A DNA stretch of 46,952 nucleotides. Origin: Octopus sinensis (taxonomy: Eukaryota). Below the pieces are notes generated by a model that worked only from the letters and a program-made list of their open reading frames with translations, ran no database searches and had not been told where the DNA came from. This document shows, piece after piece, positions 25,355-36,989 of this stretch. Both the position numbers and the translations under genes were made by a program. The stretch is from positions 1 through 46,952 of the forward strand of contig NW_021831722.1 of assembly GCF_006345805.1 (NCBI RefSeq), read 5' to 3'. Every line of letters starts with the position of its first letter. The first letter of the stretch is position 1.

Positions 25355-25503
25355 ACGATGGGCTTCTTTCAGTTTCCGTCTACGAAATCCACTCACAAGG
25401 ATTTGGTCAGCTCGAGGCTATAGTAGAAGACACTTGCCCAAGGTGCCACGCAGTGGGACTGAACCCAGAACCATGTGGTTGGTAAGCAAGCTACTTACCA
25501 CAC
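25355..25503 (-). mobile_element. SINE family A head
   Basis: Reverse complement of TGTGTGGTAAGTAGCTTGCTTACCAACCACATGG...GAAAGAAGCCCATCG. Confidence 0.85.
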
Positions 25504-25716
25504 ATGGCCTAGTCGTTAGGGTGTTGCACTAGCAATCGTGGTTTCAATTCCAAGTCCGGGTGGTGCGTTGCGTTCTCGACCAAAACACTTCATCTCACGT
25601 TGCTCTGCGATCACTTCGACACCTGACGCGTTGTACATTGGGCACCTGTTCAGGTAAAGTCGATTTGTTGGAGGCAGGGAACTAATGCGCGGCACGAACA
25701 TTTGATCACTATAAAC
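25503..25716 (+). mobile_element. tRNA-derived SINE family E (diverged)
   Basis: A-box-like TGGCCTAGTCG and B-box-like GGTTTCAATTCC; the body differs from families A, B and D. Confidence 0.55.
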
Positions 25717-25805
25717 ATAAATGTGAAACAAGGTGGTAAAAAATAGTACTCGAATACCAGAGGTAGAGTAATATGCTTTATTAATAAAGCTGCAAAGACA
25801 TCGCA

Positions 25806-25851
25806 AAAACTGTTACACAGAGTTTCACGTTCCCGTTCGTCAGACAGTTTT
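25806..25851 (-). ncRNA. H7: compact type I hammerhead ribozyme
   Basis: Minus: AAAACTGT-CTGACGA-ACG-GGAA-CGT-GAAAC-TCTGT-GTA|ACAGTTTT. Perfect 8-bp stem I, GNRA-capped stem II, triplet GUA. Confidence 0.85.
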
Positions 25852-26102
25852 GGTTGAGAATGGAACACAATATGGATATATGCATAAATATACAATTACG
25901 TTGATAGATACACATTTGAAAATGGTTTTGTTTCATTGATCCTTTCAACACAATAACCGGTTGTGTGAAATTACAATTACAATTTAAAAGCATATAATAA
26001 AAATCGAAGAAAACCTTAGATCAAAAATTAGCTTTAGTAGAAGGAACAAAAACCCCTGTATACCCAGGGTAAATTAATTAATGGTAAAAATAAATATAAC
26101 CG

Positions 26103-26389
26103 AAATATTAAAATTACTAAGTCTCTCTAAAAGAGATTACGGCAGCGTTACTGGAAATTAATTGTTATCGCCATATTAATATGGCAGTCTTATAGATATA
26201 AGACTAAAGCTGTCGCTGATTAACTCCATGAGGCCATCGCCTTAAGCTAGCTATTTGACACACAAACTGTGACCATTATAACCTTGTGTGTCAAATAGCT
26301 AGCTTAAGGAGATGGCCTCATGGAGCTAATCAGCGACAGCTTTAGTCTTATATCTATAAGACTGCCATATTAATATGGCGATAACAATT
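26103..26389. mobile_element. 287-bp foldback insertion with 14-bp TSD
   Basis: AATAAATATAACCG at 26089-26102 and 26390-26403. Internal 109-bp arms (26157-26265 and 26284-26392) with 2 mismatches and an 18-nt loop. Confidence 0.85.
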
Positions 26390-26444
26390 AATAAATATAA
26401 CCGTTTAAAATAAAATAAAAACGTTATTATTTTAAATGTTTGTT

Positions 26445-26731
26445 CCTTCTCAATCCATGCCTGGCTCATAAGGGCCGGTTTCCTTGGCGCATAGAGGTTC
26501 TCCACCTGGACGGCACGCCGGTCCATCGCAGGTGAGCTGCAAGATGAAGCAGAAAAGAGTAAGAGGAAGTTGTGGCGAAAGAGTCAGCAGAATTTCGCCT
26601 TTACCTTCTGCCAGAGCTGCATGGAGTTTAGGTGTTTCGCTCATAAAACACACATCGCCCGGTGTGAGATTCGAACCCGCGATCCATCGGCCGCGAGTCC
26701 GCTGCTCTAACCACTATGCCATGTGCCTCCA
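26445..26731 (-). mobile_element. SINE family D variant with alternative tail
   Basis: tRNA head GTGGAGGCACATGGCATAGTGGTTAGAGCAGCGGACTCGCGG...GGGTTCGAATCTC and a D-type body; tail unlike the 9188 and 40791 copies. Confidence 0.8.
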
Positions 26732-27023
26732 CTTTGTTTTAAATAATAAAATAAAAATGTCTTAATCTTAAAATGGTTTTATTTTACAGGGACATATCTT
26801 TTAAACTTATATAAATATATTCTTACCATTAATTAATTTACCCTGGGTACACAGTGTTTTCCCTTCTACTAAAGCTAATTTTTGATTTAAGGTTTTCTTC
26901 GACTTTTATAATAAAATGATTTTAAATCGTAATTTCATGTAGCTGGTTATTGAAAAAAACCGTTAGTTGAAAAGATCATTGAAACAAAACCATTTTATAT
27001 GTGTATTTATCAACGTAATTGTG

Positions 27024-27057
<34 letters not shown>

Positions 27058-27063
27058 ATATAT

Positions 27064-27101
<38 letters not shown>

Positions 27102-27124
27102 ACACACAAACACAATATAATATA

Positions 27125-27798
27125 TATAGTATAATAAAAAATATATGCATACATACATATATGTACGTACCGACATCTACATGTATATATACATGCATTT
27201 CCCAGCGCTCGCCAGTTACCTCTTCCGTCCCTGCCAGAACAAAGGCCTTTCGTTGGTTTTTTTCGTTTGTTCTCTTGTTTATTTTGATTTCTCGTATTGT
27301 AATTTATTTCTCGTTTTGTATTTTCTTGTACATGTATTTTTAATTTTGTATTTTTCTTGTATTTTATTGTGCAGTTCTTTGTTACGTCCCTTTTTGTGTT
27401 ACATTTTTTCTTCTTGTTTTACCCCTCTGCGAGGTTATTTTATTTTAATTCTCTCGCAGGAAGGCGTAGCATGATCAGTCGTGTCCTGTCTTGCCTTCGA
27501 AACACACTATGCCTGGTAGTGACAGCTGATGAAGGGGATTTATCCTTGTGTAGCATGTCCTGTACCTCGTTTTTCTGTTGTACATAATGTTTTTCCCGTT
27601 TTCGTTCTCGTCCTGTTCCACGTCTCTGTCCTTCTGTTGTAACAAAATGGCTTTTCTGTTTTCGTTTCTGTTGAGTTTTACGTCTTTTTGTGGTGTCCTG
27701 TACGTATATATATTTATATACGCATGTATATATACATGTAGATGTCGGTACGTACATATATGTTTGTATGTATGCATATATTTTATTTATTACACTAT
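27125..27798. repeat. Element with about 70-bp terminal inverted repeats
   Basis: CATATATGTACGTACCGACATCTACATGTATATATACATGC (to 27196) is inverted at 27722-27762; the interior includes family C sequence. Confidence 0.8.
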
Positions 27799-27919
27799 TG
27801 TCTGACAGCGCTCGCGTCGGGTTCGTTCGAATTTTCGACTTTTCGAATTTTCACTTCGTTCCGTCTCTATCCTCCCAGTATTATATATATATATAATATA
27901 TATATATTATATATATATA

Positions 27920-27957
<38 letters not shown>

Positions 27958-27960
<3 letters not shown>

Positions 27961-28097
27961 AAATTCCGCCGAGATCGAATTTGCCTTTCATCATCTTTTG
28001 GGGTCGATACATTGAATACCAGTTACGTCCTGGGGTCGATCTTGTCGACTGGCACCCTCCCCCAAAATTTCGGACCTTGTGCCGGTGCGTAGAAAAG

Positions 28098-28098
<1 letters not shown>
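27958..28098 (+). mobile_element. SINE family B, 5'-truncated
   Basis: AAATTCCGCCGAGATCGAATTTGCCTTTCATC...GGGGTCGATC...CCCCAAAATTTCGG tail. Confidence 0.8.
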
Positions 28099-28144
<46 letters not shown>

Positions 28145-28302
28145 TATATATATCGGAAAATGTGTTGTTAAAAATGCACCTAAATTTCAAGGTCTCGTAA
28201 ATGTTTAAAATACATTTATTTACATATATACCAAAGTAGTTTCAACAATATTTTTTGTTTATCAATGGTAAAAGTTTAAAATTAGGAAAAACCTCTTTAA
28301 AA

Positions 28303-28453
28303 GTTTCAATGTTGACAAATTAAAAAATGTTTCAATATTGATAAATTAAAAAATGTTTCAATATTGATAAATTAAAAAATGTTTCAATATTGATAAATTA
28401 AAAAATGTTTCAATATTGACAAATTAAAAAATGTTTCAATATTGATAAATTAA
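28303..28453. repeat. 26-bp minisatellite, about 6 copies
   Basis: Unit GTTTCAATATTGATAAATTAAAAAAT, containing the palindrome TCAATATTGA. Confidence 0.9.
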
Positions 28454-28807
28454 CATGTTCAAAACAGGTGTAAGTTTTCCTGTTCATACCAATCAATAAA
28501 ATTAAAACTGTATATCAATTTGTTTGAATGTACAAAGTTCATTAATTTTAGTGGTGGTCGACAAGTCATACTGAAAAAAAAAAAAAAAAAAACAAGTGTG
28601 AAATGAAAACAGTAAAAAAAAAAAAAAAAGGGAATTTGGTTTACAGTTTCTCTGATCTCCTTCTAATAGACCCTTTCACTTGTAGTGGTATGTTTTGGGA
28701 TCAGATGAATTTTTAATTTTTTGTCAACATTGAAACTTTGTCAACATTGAAACATGGTATTGACTTATAAAAACGTGCAATTACTTTCTAGTATACTAAC
28801 GGTTACT

Positions 28808-28855
28808 TTCTTCTTCTTCTTCTTTTTTTCTTGCTTTCTTCTTCTCTTCTTCTTT

Positions 28856-28886
<31 letters not shown>

Positions 28887-28993
28887 TTCTTCTTCTTCTC
28901 TTCTTCTTCTTCTTCTTCTTCTTCTCTTCTTCGTCTTCTTCTTCTTCTTCTTCTCTTCTTCTTCTTTCTTCTTCTTCTTCTTCTTTCTTCTTC
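28808..28993. repeat. (CTT)n microsatellite
   Basis: Imperfect array. Confidence 0.9.
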
Positions 28994-29283
28994 CCAATCA
29001 GGACTCACGCCATTAGCCACAAGGAATAATCTCTAATTCGAGCCTACTCTAAGCTACTAAGAATGCGTGTGGCACTTGAAGATACACCCACCACACGCGA
29101 TAGAATGGCGGTTACATGGGCGCGAAAGCTATGTTGTTATCCTCATTCAGTAAACGGTGGCTTTTAGCGGATGGAGAGCTGAACCATCCTGGGGTACAGA
29201 GGATTCGCAATCTAGACTAGGGTCTGATAGTTTACCACACCATAGTGGGTTACACCATGGTTCCTCTGCTTTTTGGTAGAAGT

Positions 29284-29469
29284 AGGAAGAAAGAGTGAGA
29301 GAAAGTTGTGGTGAAAGAGTAGAGCGGGGTTCACCACCACACCTGCCGGAGCCTCGTGGAGCTTAGGTGTTTTTGCTCAATAAACACACACAAAATCCGG
29401 TCTGGGAATCGAAACCGCGTTCTTACGACCGCAAGTCCGCTGCCCTAACCACTGGGTCATTGCGCCTCC
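29284..29469 (-). mobile_element. SINE family D head and body
   Basis: Minus: GGAGGCGCAATGACCCAGTGGTTAGGGCAGCGG...GGTTTCGATTCCCAGACCGG. Sequence at about 28995-29280 may be a third tail type. Confidence 0.85.
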
Positions 29470-30088
29470 GGCCTTGATGTTGCTGGCAGAGCAGTTGTTG
29501 CCTTCTTCAACCGCTCCCTACGTATTAGTGGCACATGACATTACAACTTGGGGAAGTAGATGACTAGAAATTGGGGCTGGGGAAGTAGAAATTCTCCGAC
29601 AACCACTTTCAACTTTTTCCGGCGGTATGATAAGGATCCAAATCCTGCTGTTACAGATGGGACATCTCAGCAGCAACCCTCTCCAGCCAGGGTTTGTCTG
29701 ACCACAGGCTCCAGCAGCTTCATATAACAGTCTAAATTTAGCCTAAGCCCCTGTTCAAAGTTATAGAGTGGTATGACGTCGTCCTCACTAAAGACACGCC
29801 CAAAGCCCATCACAGTTTGGATAACTTGGTCTTACAGCCTTTATACTTCATAGAATATTGACCAGCAGTCATGATGTCAGCATTTTGACAGCCAACATGA
29901 ATCATCATGACACAGGTAACTCTTTCCCAGTATTTAAATGGTTTCCAGTCCTCCATGTTAACAAACTTTTTCTATACTTACAACTTCAATCTTTATTCTC
30001 TCCAACGTCGTTTGACTGTTCATTAATACATCAAGCTGTTTCTTCTAAAAAGAAGACATTGAAAGCCGTCAAATTATCCCGGCCACCT
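29470..30088 (-). mobile_element. Decayed, internally deleted maT-like (Tc1/mariner superfamily) transposon
   Basis: Minus strand: TIR-like GGTGGCCGGGATAATTTGACG at the right end, a start MEDWKPFKYW.. (ATG at 29956), then QTVMGFGRVFSEDDV..FEQGLRLN..KPWLERVAA..QQD..PYHT..KWLSENF, with stops and frameshifts. The third catalytic D is not preserved. Confidence 0.7.
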
Positions 30089-30112
30089 AGTATGTATGTT
30101 GTATATATATAT

Positions 30113-30162
<50 letters not shown>

Positions 30163-30167
30163 TATAT

Positions 30168-30199
<32 letters not shown>

Positions 30200-30254
30200 A
30201 TATATATAATATATATATATACTGGAGTCCGGGATAAATTTGACGATATATATA

Positions 30255-30406
30255 GAATTTAGAGACAAACCGCTATTTAGTTATTCCATCAAGAGTGAAA
30301 AGATATCTATAATAACCACATAGAAATTAATTAAATATAATTATTATTCTAAAAATCTCATAACAAATCAAAAAATCGAACTAAATAGTGGTTTGTCTCT
30401 AAATTC
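30255..30406. repeat. 152-bp element with 28-bp inverted ends in a TA context
   Basis: GAATTTAGAGACAAACCGCTATTTAGTT versus AACTAAATAGTGGTTTGTCTCTAAATTC (1 mismatch), flanked by TA repeats. Confidence 0.7.
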
Positions 30407-30517
30407 TATATATATATATATATATATATAATATTGTGAATTTTGATTTAGTGTGCTAAATTGAATTTTTTTCCTGTTAGCTTGGAATTATGACATTCCC
30501 TAACTATTAATTAATTA

Positions 30518-30565
<48 letters not shown>

Positions 30566-30615
30566 ATATATATAATATATATATATAATCATATATATAT
30601 ACACATATACAATAT

Positions 30616-30686
<71 letters not shown>

Positions 30687-30885
30687 GTATGTATATGTAT
30701 TATATATATATCCAGACGAAGAGAGAGAAAATGAAAGAGAGAGAGAGAGTAAGATATTTGGATAGATGAATAGGTAGATAGATAGACATATAGATAGACA
30801 GAGATAGATACATAGAGTGAGATAGATAGATAGAGATAGATATGCAGATAGAGAGATAGATAGATAGAGAGAGATAGAGAGAGAA

Positions 30886-30947
<62 letters not shown>

Positions 30948-31239
30948 GATTTAGTGAGAGAGCGAGAGGGAGTGGAATGTGATGCGGGGTAGAGCTGGAG
31001 ATAGAAAGTTTTTTGATTGAGAAGTGGAGGAGAGGTGAGGGTTAAAAGAGAAGTAGCATTGTAGTGACAAAATGTATGGCGAAAAGAGCAAATTGGGCAA
31101 TTAAAGCGCCACCTAGTTGTCGTCAGTGAAAGGACACTCTCCCATGAGAGGAAACATTTGCGGAAATACCAGCGCAACGGACCAGGGAAACATGTAAACA
31201 GACCCCAAAGAACAACAATGATAACAACAACAACAAACT

Positions 31240-31296
31240 GCTGCTGCTGCTACTACTACTACTACCACTACCTACTACTACTACTACTACTACTAT

Positions 31297-31332
<36 letters not shown>

Positions 31333-31429
31333 CACCACCACCATCACCACCACCACCACCACCACCACCACCACCACCACTACTACTACTACTACCATCA
31401 CCACCACCACCACCACCACCACCACCACC

Positions 31430-31465
<36 letters not shown>
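31240..31465. repeat. (CTA)n/(CCA)n microsatellite
   Basis: Alternating blocks. Confidence 0.9.
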
Positions 31466-31909
31466 GATGATACTTTCTATAATACGACATAAACAGCCTT
31501 AACAACGGTAACAACAACAAATATAATAATAATAAAAACTACAAATTTAAACAAAGGGAAAAGCAGTAGCAGTAGCAGCGGCAGCAGCAGCAACAACAAC
31601 AATAATAATGATGACTACAACATTAACGACAACAATAGAAAGAACAGTGAGAACGACAGAAATAATAAACAATAACAACAATAGCAATAGCAATAGTAAG
31701 AACAATAACAAACAATAATAACAATAAGAAACAAATACAGCTTTAATAATGATAAGGAAAATAAAAATCAAATAATACAAACAAAAGTAAGAACAGCAAC
31801 AACAACAGCAGCAGCAGCAGTAGCAACAAGAACAATATCAAGAACAGCAACAATATCAGTAATTACGACAGCTTTAACAACAACAACATGGAGAGAGGGA
31901 GAAAAACCT

Positions 31910-31942
<33 letters not shown>

Positions 31943-31960
31943 TATATATATATATATATA

Positions 31961-32447
31961 GTCATAAAATACAGTGTACATTTATACACATGAGGAATCC
32001 ACTTGTGGGATTCAACACACTAGAAAGAACAGCTAGGTTCCAAAACCACAAAATTAGGGATAAAATCCAAAAAGGAACGAAAGGAAAAATAAAAACATTT
32101 TACCATCAAGTTTCCTGGACCAATTGGTTTCTGATTTTGGTTTAGAAAGTAAATTATCATATACTCGCTAGGTGAAATCGTTCTCAGCAAGAACACCTTG
32201 GGTTAAGTATATAAACACGAGGCGATCAAACTTTTTGCCTCTTGTTTATAGATCCTAATTTTTTCAAAATCTACTGCGCAGCCGCAGCCGCAGCCCTTCG
32301 CCGGCAAAAAAATACCAACTTTTAAAAACCGAAAATTAATCATATCAAAGGGAACCTAGTGGTTATGGAACCTAGCTGTTCTTTCTAGCGTGTTGAATCC
32401 TACAAGTGGATTCCTTATGTGTTTAAATGTACACTGTATTTTATGAC
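31961..32447. mobile_element. 487-bp MITE-like or foldback element with 82-bp TIRs
   Basis: TA|GTCATAAAATACAGTGTAC...GGTTCCA (31961-32042) versus 32366-32447|TA, 4 mismatches; no ORF. Confidence 0.75.
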
Positions 32448-32965
32448 TAATACATAGTCTTTGGACTAAAATTTTACACGTTAGGCCACTGGAAATGGAA
32501 ATTTTAATTAATTTCCATTTCCCTTTGTGTGTGTGCGCAAGACTCTAATTATAATTTATGTATCCTTGTCACAACTGGATTCTAATGAAAAGAAACGAAT
32601 AAACATTGAGCTGACCGAGTCCAGTGGCTTCGTCAATCAACCTGGAATCAATCAACCTGAACTCTAGACGACCGTCAGACAAAAACCGGTTACCAATACT
32701 TTTGATAGAAACAAATGACGTATGTAGAAAATCAGCTAATCAGAGCGCTGGATCTCTACATGTGTTCAAAATAGTTGATAAACGAATGACGTCACCAGGA
32801 AGCCAACCAACCAGAACGCTGAACTTCTGCTAAACCAAAATATATGACCAGAACATCCGAAAACCAAGTGACATATTCAAGCAGCCAGCCAACAGGCGGA
32901 TAAAAACAAGTGACGCCATTAAATCTACGACCAATCAGAACTTGAACATTTACCTTAAAAATCTG

Positions 32966-33357
32966 TAGTAAGAAGCTTGCTTCCCAACCACATTGTTCCG
33001 GGTTCAGTCCCACAGCATGGCACCTTAGGCAAGTATCTTCTACTGTAGCCACGGGTCGACCAAAGCTTTGTGAATGGATTTGGTAGACGGAAACTGAAAG
33101 AAGCCCGTTGTATATACGTATGTGTATATATCTACGTATATGTGTCTGTTTTTGTACCCTGCTCCACCGCTTGACAACCGGCATTGGTGTGTTTATGTCA
33201 TCGTAACTTAGCAGTTCGGTAAATAAAATTGATAGAATAAGTACCAGGCTTAAAACTAAAAGTACTAGGACCTATACATCTGACAATAAATTCTTCAAGG
33301 CGGTGCCCCAGTATGGCCACAAGTCTAATCACTGAAACAAGTAAAAGATAAAAGATA
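32966..33357 (+). mobile_element. SINE family A (diverged, near full length)
   Basis: GGTTCAGTCCC B box, body, and tail AAACAAGTAAAAGATAAAAGATA. Confidence 0.85.
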
Positions 33358-33974
33358 CAAAGAAATTTTAGCTCAAGAAAGCTCAAGCTCTCACCATCAA
33401 AAAAAGCGACGAAGAATCCTCCTTCACGCACTACGACAGAAATTGCAATAAGACCTTTTCCTTTCTTTTATTTCTCTCTTTTCTTACTCTTTAAAATCTT
33501 CATCCTATCGGATAGTTTATATAATTGAACGTTAATGAACTTTCATTCATGTGTGACTGTTATGAAATTCATAAAACAGTTGAACTTTCATTACTGTCTA
33601 TTTCTGTGAAACTTACTGAATATTAGAATTTGTATGAACTTTTGATTTTTTAAGTGTTTTTCCGAATTTTCCCTTCTACTTTCAATCTCTCCTAAACTCA
33701 TTTTATTTATATTTGAAAAACAAAATATTGTCGAAACCGGTTTGGTACTTTAATAAATATGTTAAAAACATAAAAACTACAACACGTTTAAAGCCTCAGA
33801 TGTATTTTTACCCTCAAAAACAACTCTCCTATATTCTTTGTTACGTGGGAATACACTTCTTTTCTCCATATATATATATACTTTTATAATTATGTTATCC
33901 CTCTATTGTGTATGTAAGTATATACGCTTATAAGCATTTGATATACGCACAGGTTTGTCCCGTGCTGTTAGAGC

Positions 33975-34037
33975 GATGCGTTCCTAAAAAAGAAATCTTC
34001 GTGCAACGCGAATTTGCGTTACGCGAAACTTACTGTA
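33975..34037 (-). mobile_element. Solitary pogo/Tigger-like TIR
   Basis: Minus: TA|CAGTAAGTTTCGCGTAACGCAAATTCGCGTTGCACG. CAGT start after TA with an iterated CGCGT motif; no partner found. Confidence 0.35.
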
Positions 34038-34039
34038 CC

Positions 34040-35110
34040 AGTGAATGCCATTTTATGTAACGTACACCTTCACAAATTTATACTCCACTCCTCCACACCT
34101 CCAATGCTCAAGAGCTCAATTATCTCCGCCTCTCTGACCGTTCATACCTTCATACCTCCACAACTTCATATCCCACGTACCTATACCTCCAAAGCTCTAC
34201 TCCAATACCTCCACTCTTCCAAACGTCTGTACACCTAAAATTCCGTAAGCCTACCCCCACCTTCATTCTTCCAAACATCCATACCCAAATGATCACCCCA
34301 CACTTCCACACCTCGGTCCCTTCGAATATCCATACCTACGAAATTGCATGCCTCCAACACACGAGCATCTCATCTCCTGTAGAAATCCACCACGCCATTT
34401 CCCTCCCTTATGTCCAACCCCTTCCAAACAACTGCATCACTGCTACCCCACCACCACCCTTACTACCACTCATCCACACCTTCTCGCATATCAACACCCA
34501 CTCATCAACGGCACCCAAATTCCGCATAGCATTTCTACCAACCAATCAAAATCTTCACCTCACAAATCCAAAACGCTTGTCTTTTCCTTTAATACCACGT
34601 CACGTGCAATACCACCACCACCACCACCACCACCACCACCACCACCACCACCACCACCACCACCACCACCACCACCACCACCACCACCACTACTACTACT
34701 ACTACAAACGAGGCCACCTACACTTTCGCCACCACCACTGCGAATGCTTCAACTACCAGCACTACTGCCACCACTACCACCACCACCACTGCTATCATCA
34801 CCTCACCACTTCCACCACTACCGTCACCATCGTCACCGCTCGCAGTCGCGAGCTTCACCACCACCATCACCACCGCCACTACCGCCACCACCACCACCAC
34901 CACTACCGCCACCACCACCACCACCACCGCCACTCACCCCAATACTAGCACAACCACTACCACATTCACCCCGAATACAACCTTCAACACTAGCACTGTT
35001 TCCACCACCTGGATCCCATCCCCCTCACCCCACGCCGCCGCCACCACCAGCACCAGCACCAGCACCACCAGCACCACCGCCGCCACCACCACCACCACCA
35101 CCACCAGTAC
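34040..35110. repeat. C/A-rich degenerate tract and (CCA)n arrays
   Basis: Strong strand skew; source of poly-P/H ORFs. Confidence 0.85.
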
Positions 35111-35501
35111 CATTACTACCGTTTAACAAATCAATGTCATCCAAGAATGTCGATACAAATTACAGAAAGGTTGTGTAAACATATTTGAAGCCATTTTCAT
35201 TGTGAAACTAGGATACGGCGATGATAATGGCAATGGTAAGGATGAGGATGATGCTGACGATAGATTATGATGATGATAACGGACGTGTTGATGGTGGCTG
35301 TTGTAGGGAAAAATGAAATGGATGTTGTACTGGCAGTGGTACCGATACCTGATGAGATGGTCTTTGTTCTTTAAGATGGTGGGTATGTGATGTAGTGGTA
35401 GTTGATGGAGTTGTGTATTTGTCTAACCCTCTATCAGTCTATCTGTCTATCGATCTGTCTATGTATGTATGTATCTAACTATCTGTTAGTCTGTCTGTCT
35501 G

Positions 35502-35609
<108 letters not shown>

Positions 35610-36858
35610 TCTCTCTCTGTATATCAGCCTGTCTATGTATGTATGTATGTATGTATGCATGTATGTATGTATGTATGTATGTATCTAACTGAATTACTTC
35701 CTCCTTACATCAGTGTCCTCTCTTTACATTTCTTATCGTCTTTCGAGAACGATGAGATATATACGAGAACTTAATATAACCTACGGAAAATCTTCAACGG
35801 CTGTGTGCTCCAGTATGGCCATTGTCCAATGACTGAAACCAGTAAATAAAAGCAGTAAAGGCAGTAAGAGGTGTCTGTATCTCTACTCAGTTTATGCCGA
35901 GCTATTGATCGGATGGTCGCGAGTGGAATACCTCTGATAATATGTCTGCTCGATCAAGTCTAACTTTTAATCAAAAGCAACAACAGACATGGGAAACTAA
36001 TCAAAGAGAGAGCTTCTGGGTGGATGATCAACATGCTCAAAGTAACAACTGAGTCTTGCCCAAATCACATGCTACCATGCTGGGAATGGAGGGATATGCC
36101 GGATAAAATAGTCATACGTACACCATGAACTCGTCTGGGATTAAACAACATAGACGCCAAGACCCATGACTAGGTTACTTCACAAAGGATACTCAGAGAA
36201 TAATATAATCCTAGATAAACTATGCCTATTTAGGGAGCTGAAGCGTTTTTGATGAAAAATTTTGTTCCATCAAGGTTGACCTGGTAATAAAGCTACAGCA
36301 ACAACATCCGATATGCTGAAAATAACAACTAAATCTCGTTCAAATCAAATCAGGGTTTTTTTTTTTAAAAGACACGTTAAATAATATGACCATATATACA
36401 CTGATTTAAAAATGCTGAACTATGTCTTTATCGTTCGTCTGCCCCAAGAAGAAGAAGAAGAAGAAGAAGAAGAAGAAGAAGAAGAAGAAGAAGAAGAAGA
36501 AGAAGAAGCAGCAGCGCAGCAGCAGCAGCACCAATAACCTGTCCAATGTATCATGGCTGTCACAAGTGATCTCTCGGAACAAATCTCCTGCAATCTTGTA
36601 AGATCAAGTTCGCCATGTTTTTATTAAAGTCCTGACTCTTTAGTCACCTCAATAAGAAGGCTGATCGTGATGTGAATTTTAACAATGTGTGCTTGGTGGC
36701 GGAATAATGTATAATTGCTATCTGATTAATACGTGTGTATAGTAGGAAAATACATGAGCAAGTGAAGAATTTTCAACGTGCAGGGTAGCATATATATATC
36801 TGTTTCAAACACACGACTTCACATAAAAAAAAAATGTTGCACAACAAATATTTAAACG

Positions 36859-36958
<100 letters not shown>

Positions 36959-36989
36959 TTATACACAGACCGGCACATACACACATATA

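Larger units (their letters stand above)
25887..27030. repeat. Inverted pair of about 200-bp arms with nested insertions
   Basis: About 25887-26095 is the reverse complement of about 26816-27030 (e.g. TCAAAAATTAGCTTTAGTAGAAGG, CCCAGGGTAAATTAATTAATGGTAA). The left arm continues into H7. Confidence 0.85.

Noticed and set aside
27810-27855. GAAnnTTC heat-shock-element-like motifs
   Set aside because: Only isolated dyads rather than three contiguous inverted units; equally consistent with a TE subterminal repeat.
28303-28453. Regularly spaced repeats resembling a CRISPR array
   Set aside because: Units are contiguous with no unique spacers; a plain minisatellite in eukaryotic DNA.
33708-33747. 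Hammerhead relic TTGAAAA-ACAA-AATA-TTGT-C-GAA-ACCGGT
   Set aside because: Stem II and a palindromic stem III are suggestive, but two core positions are mutated and stem I does not pair.
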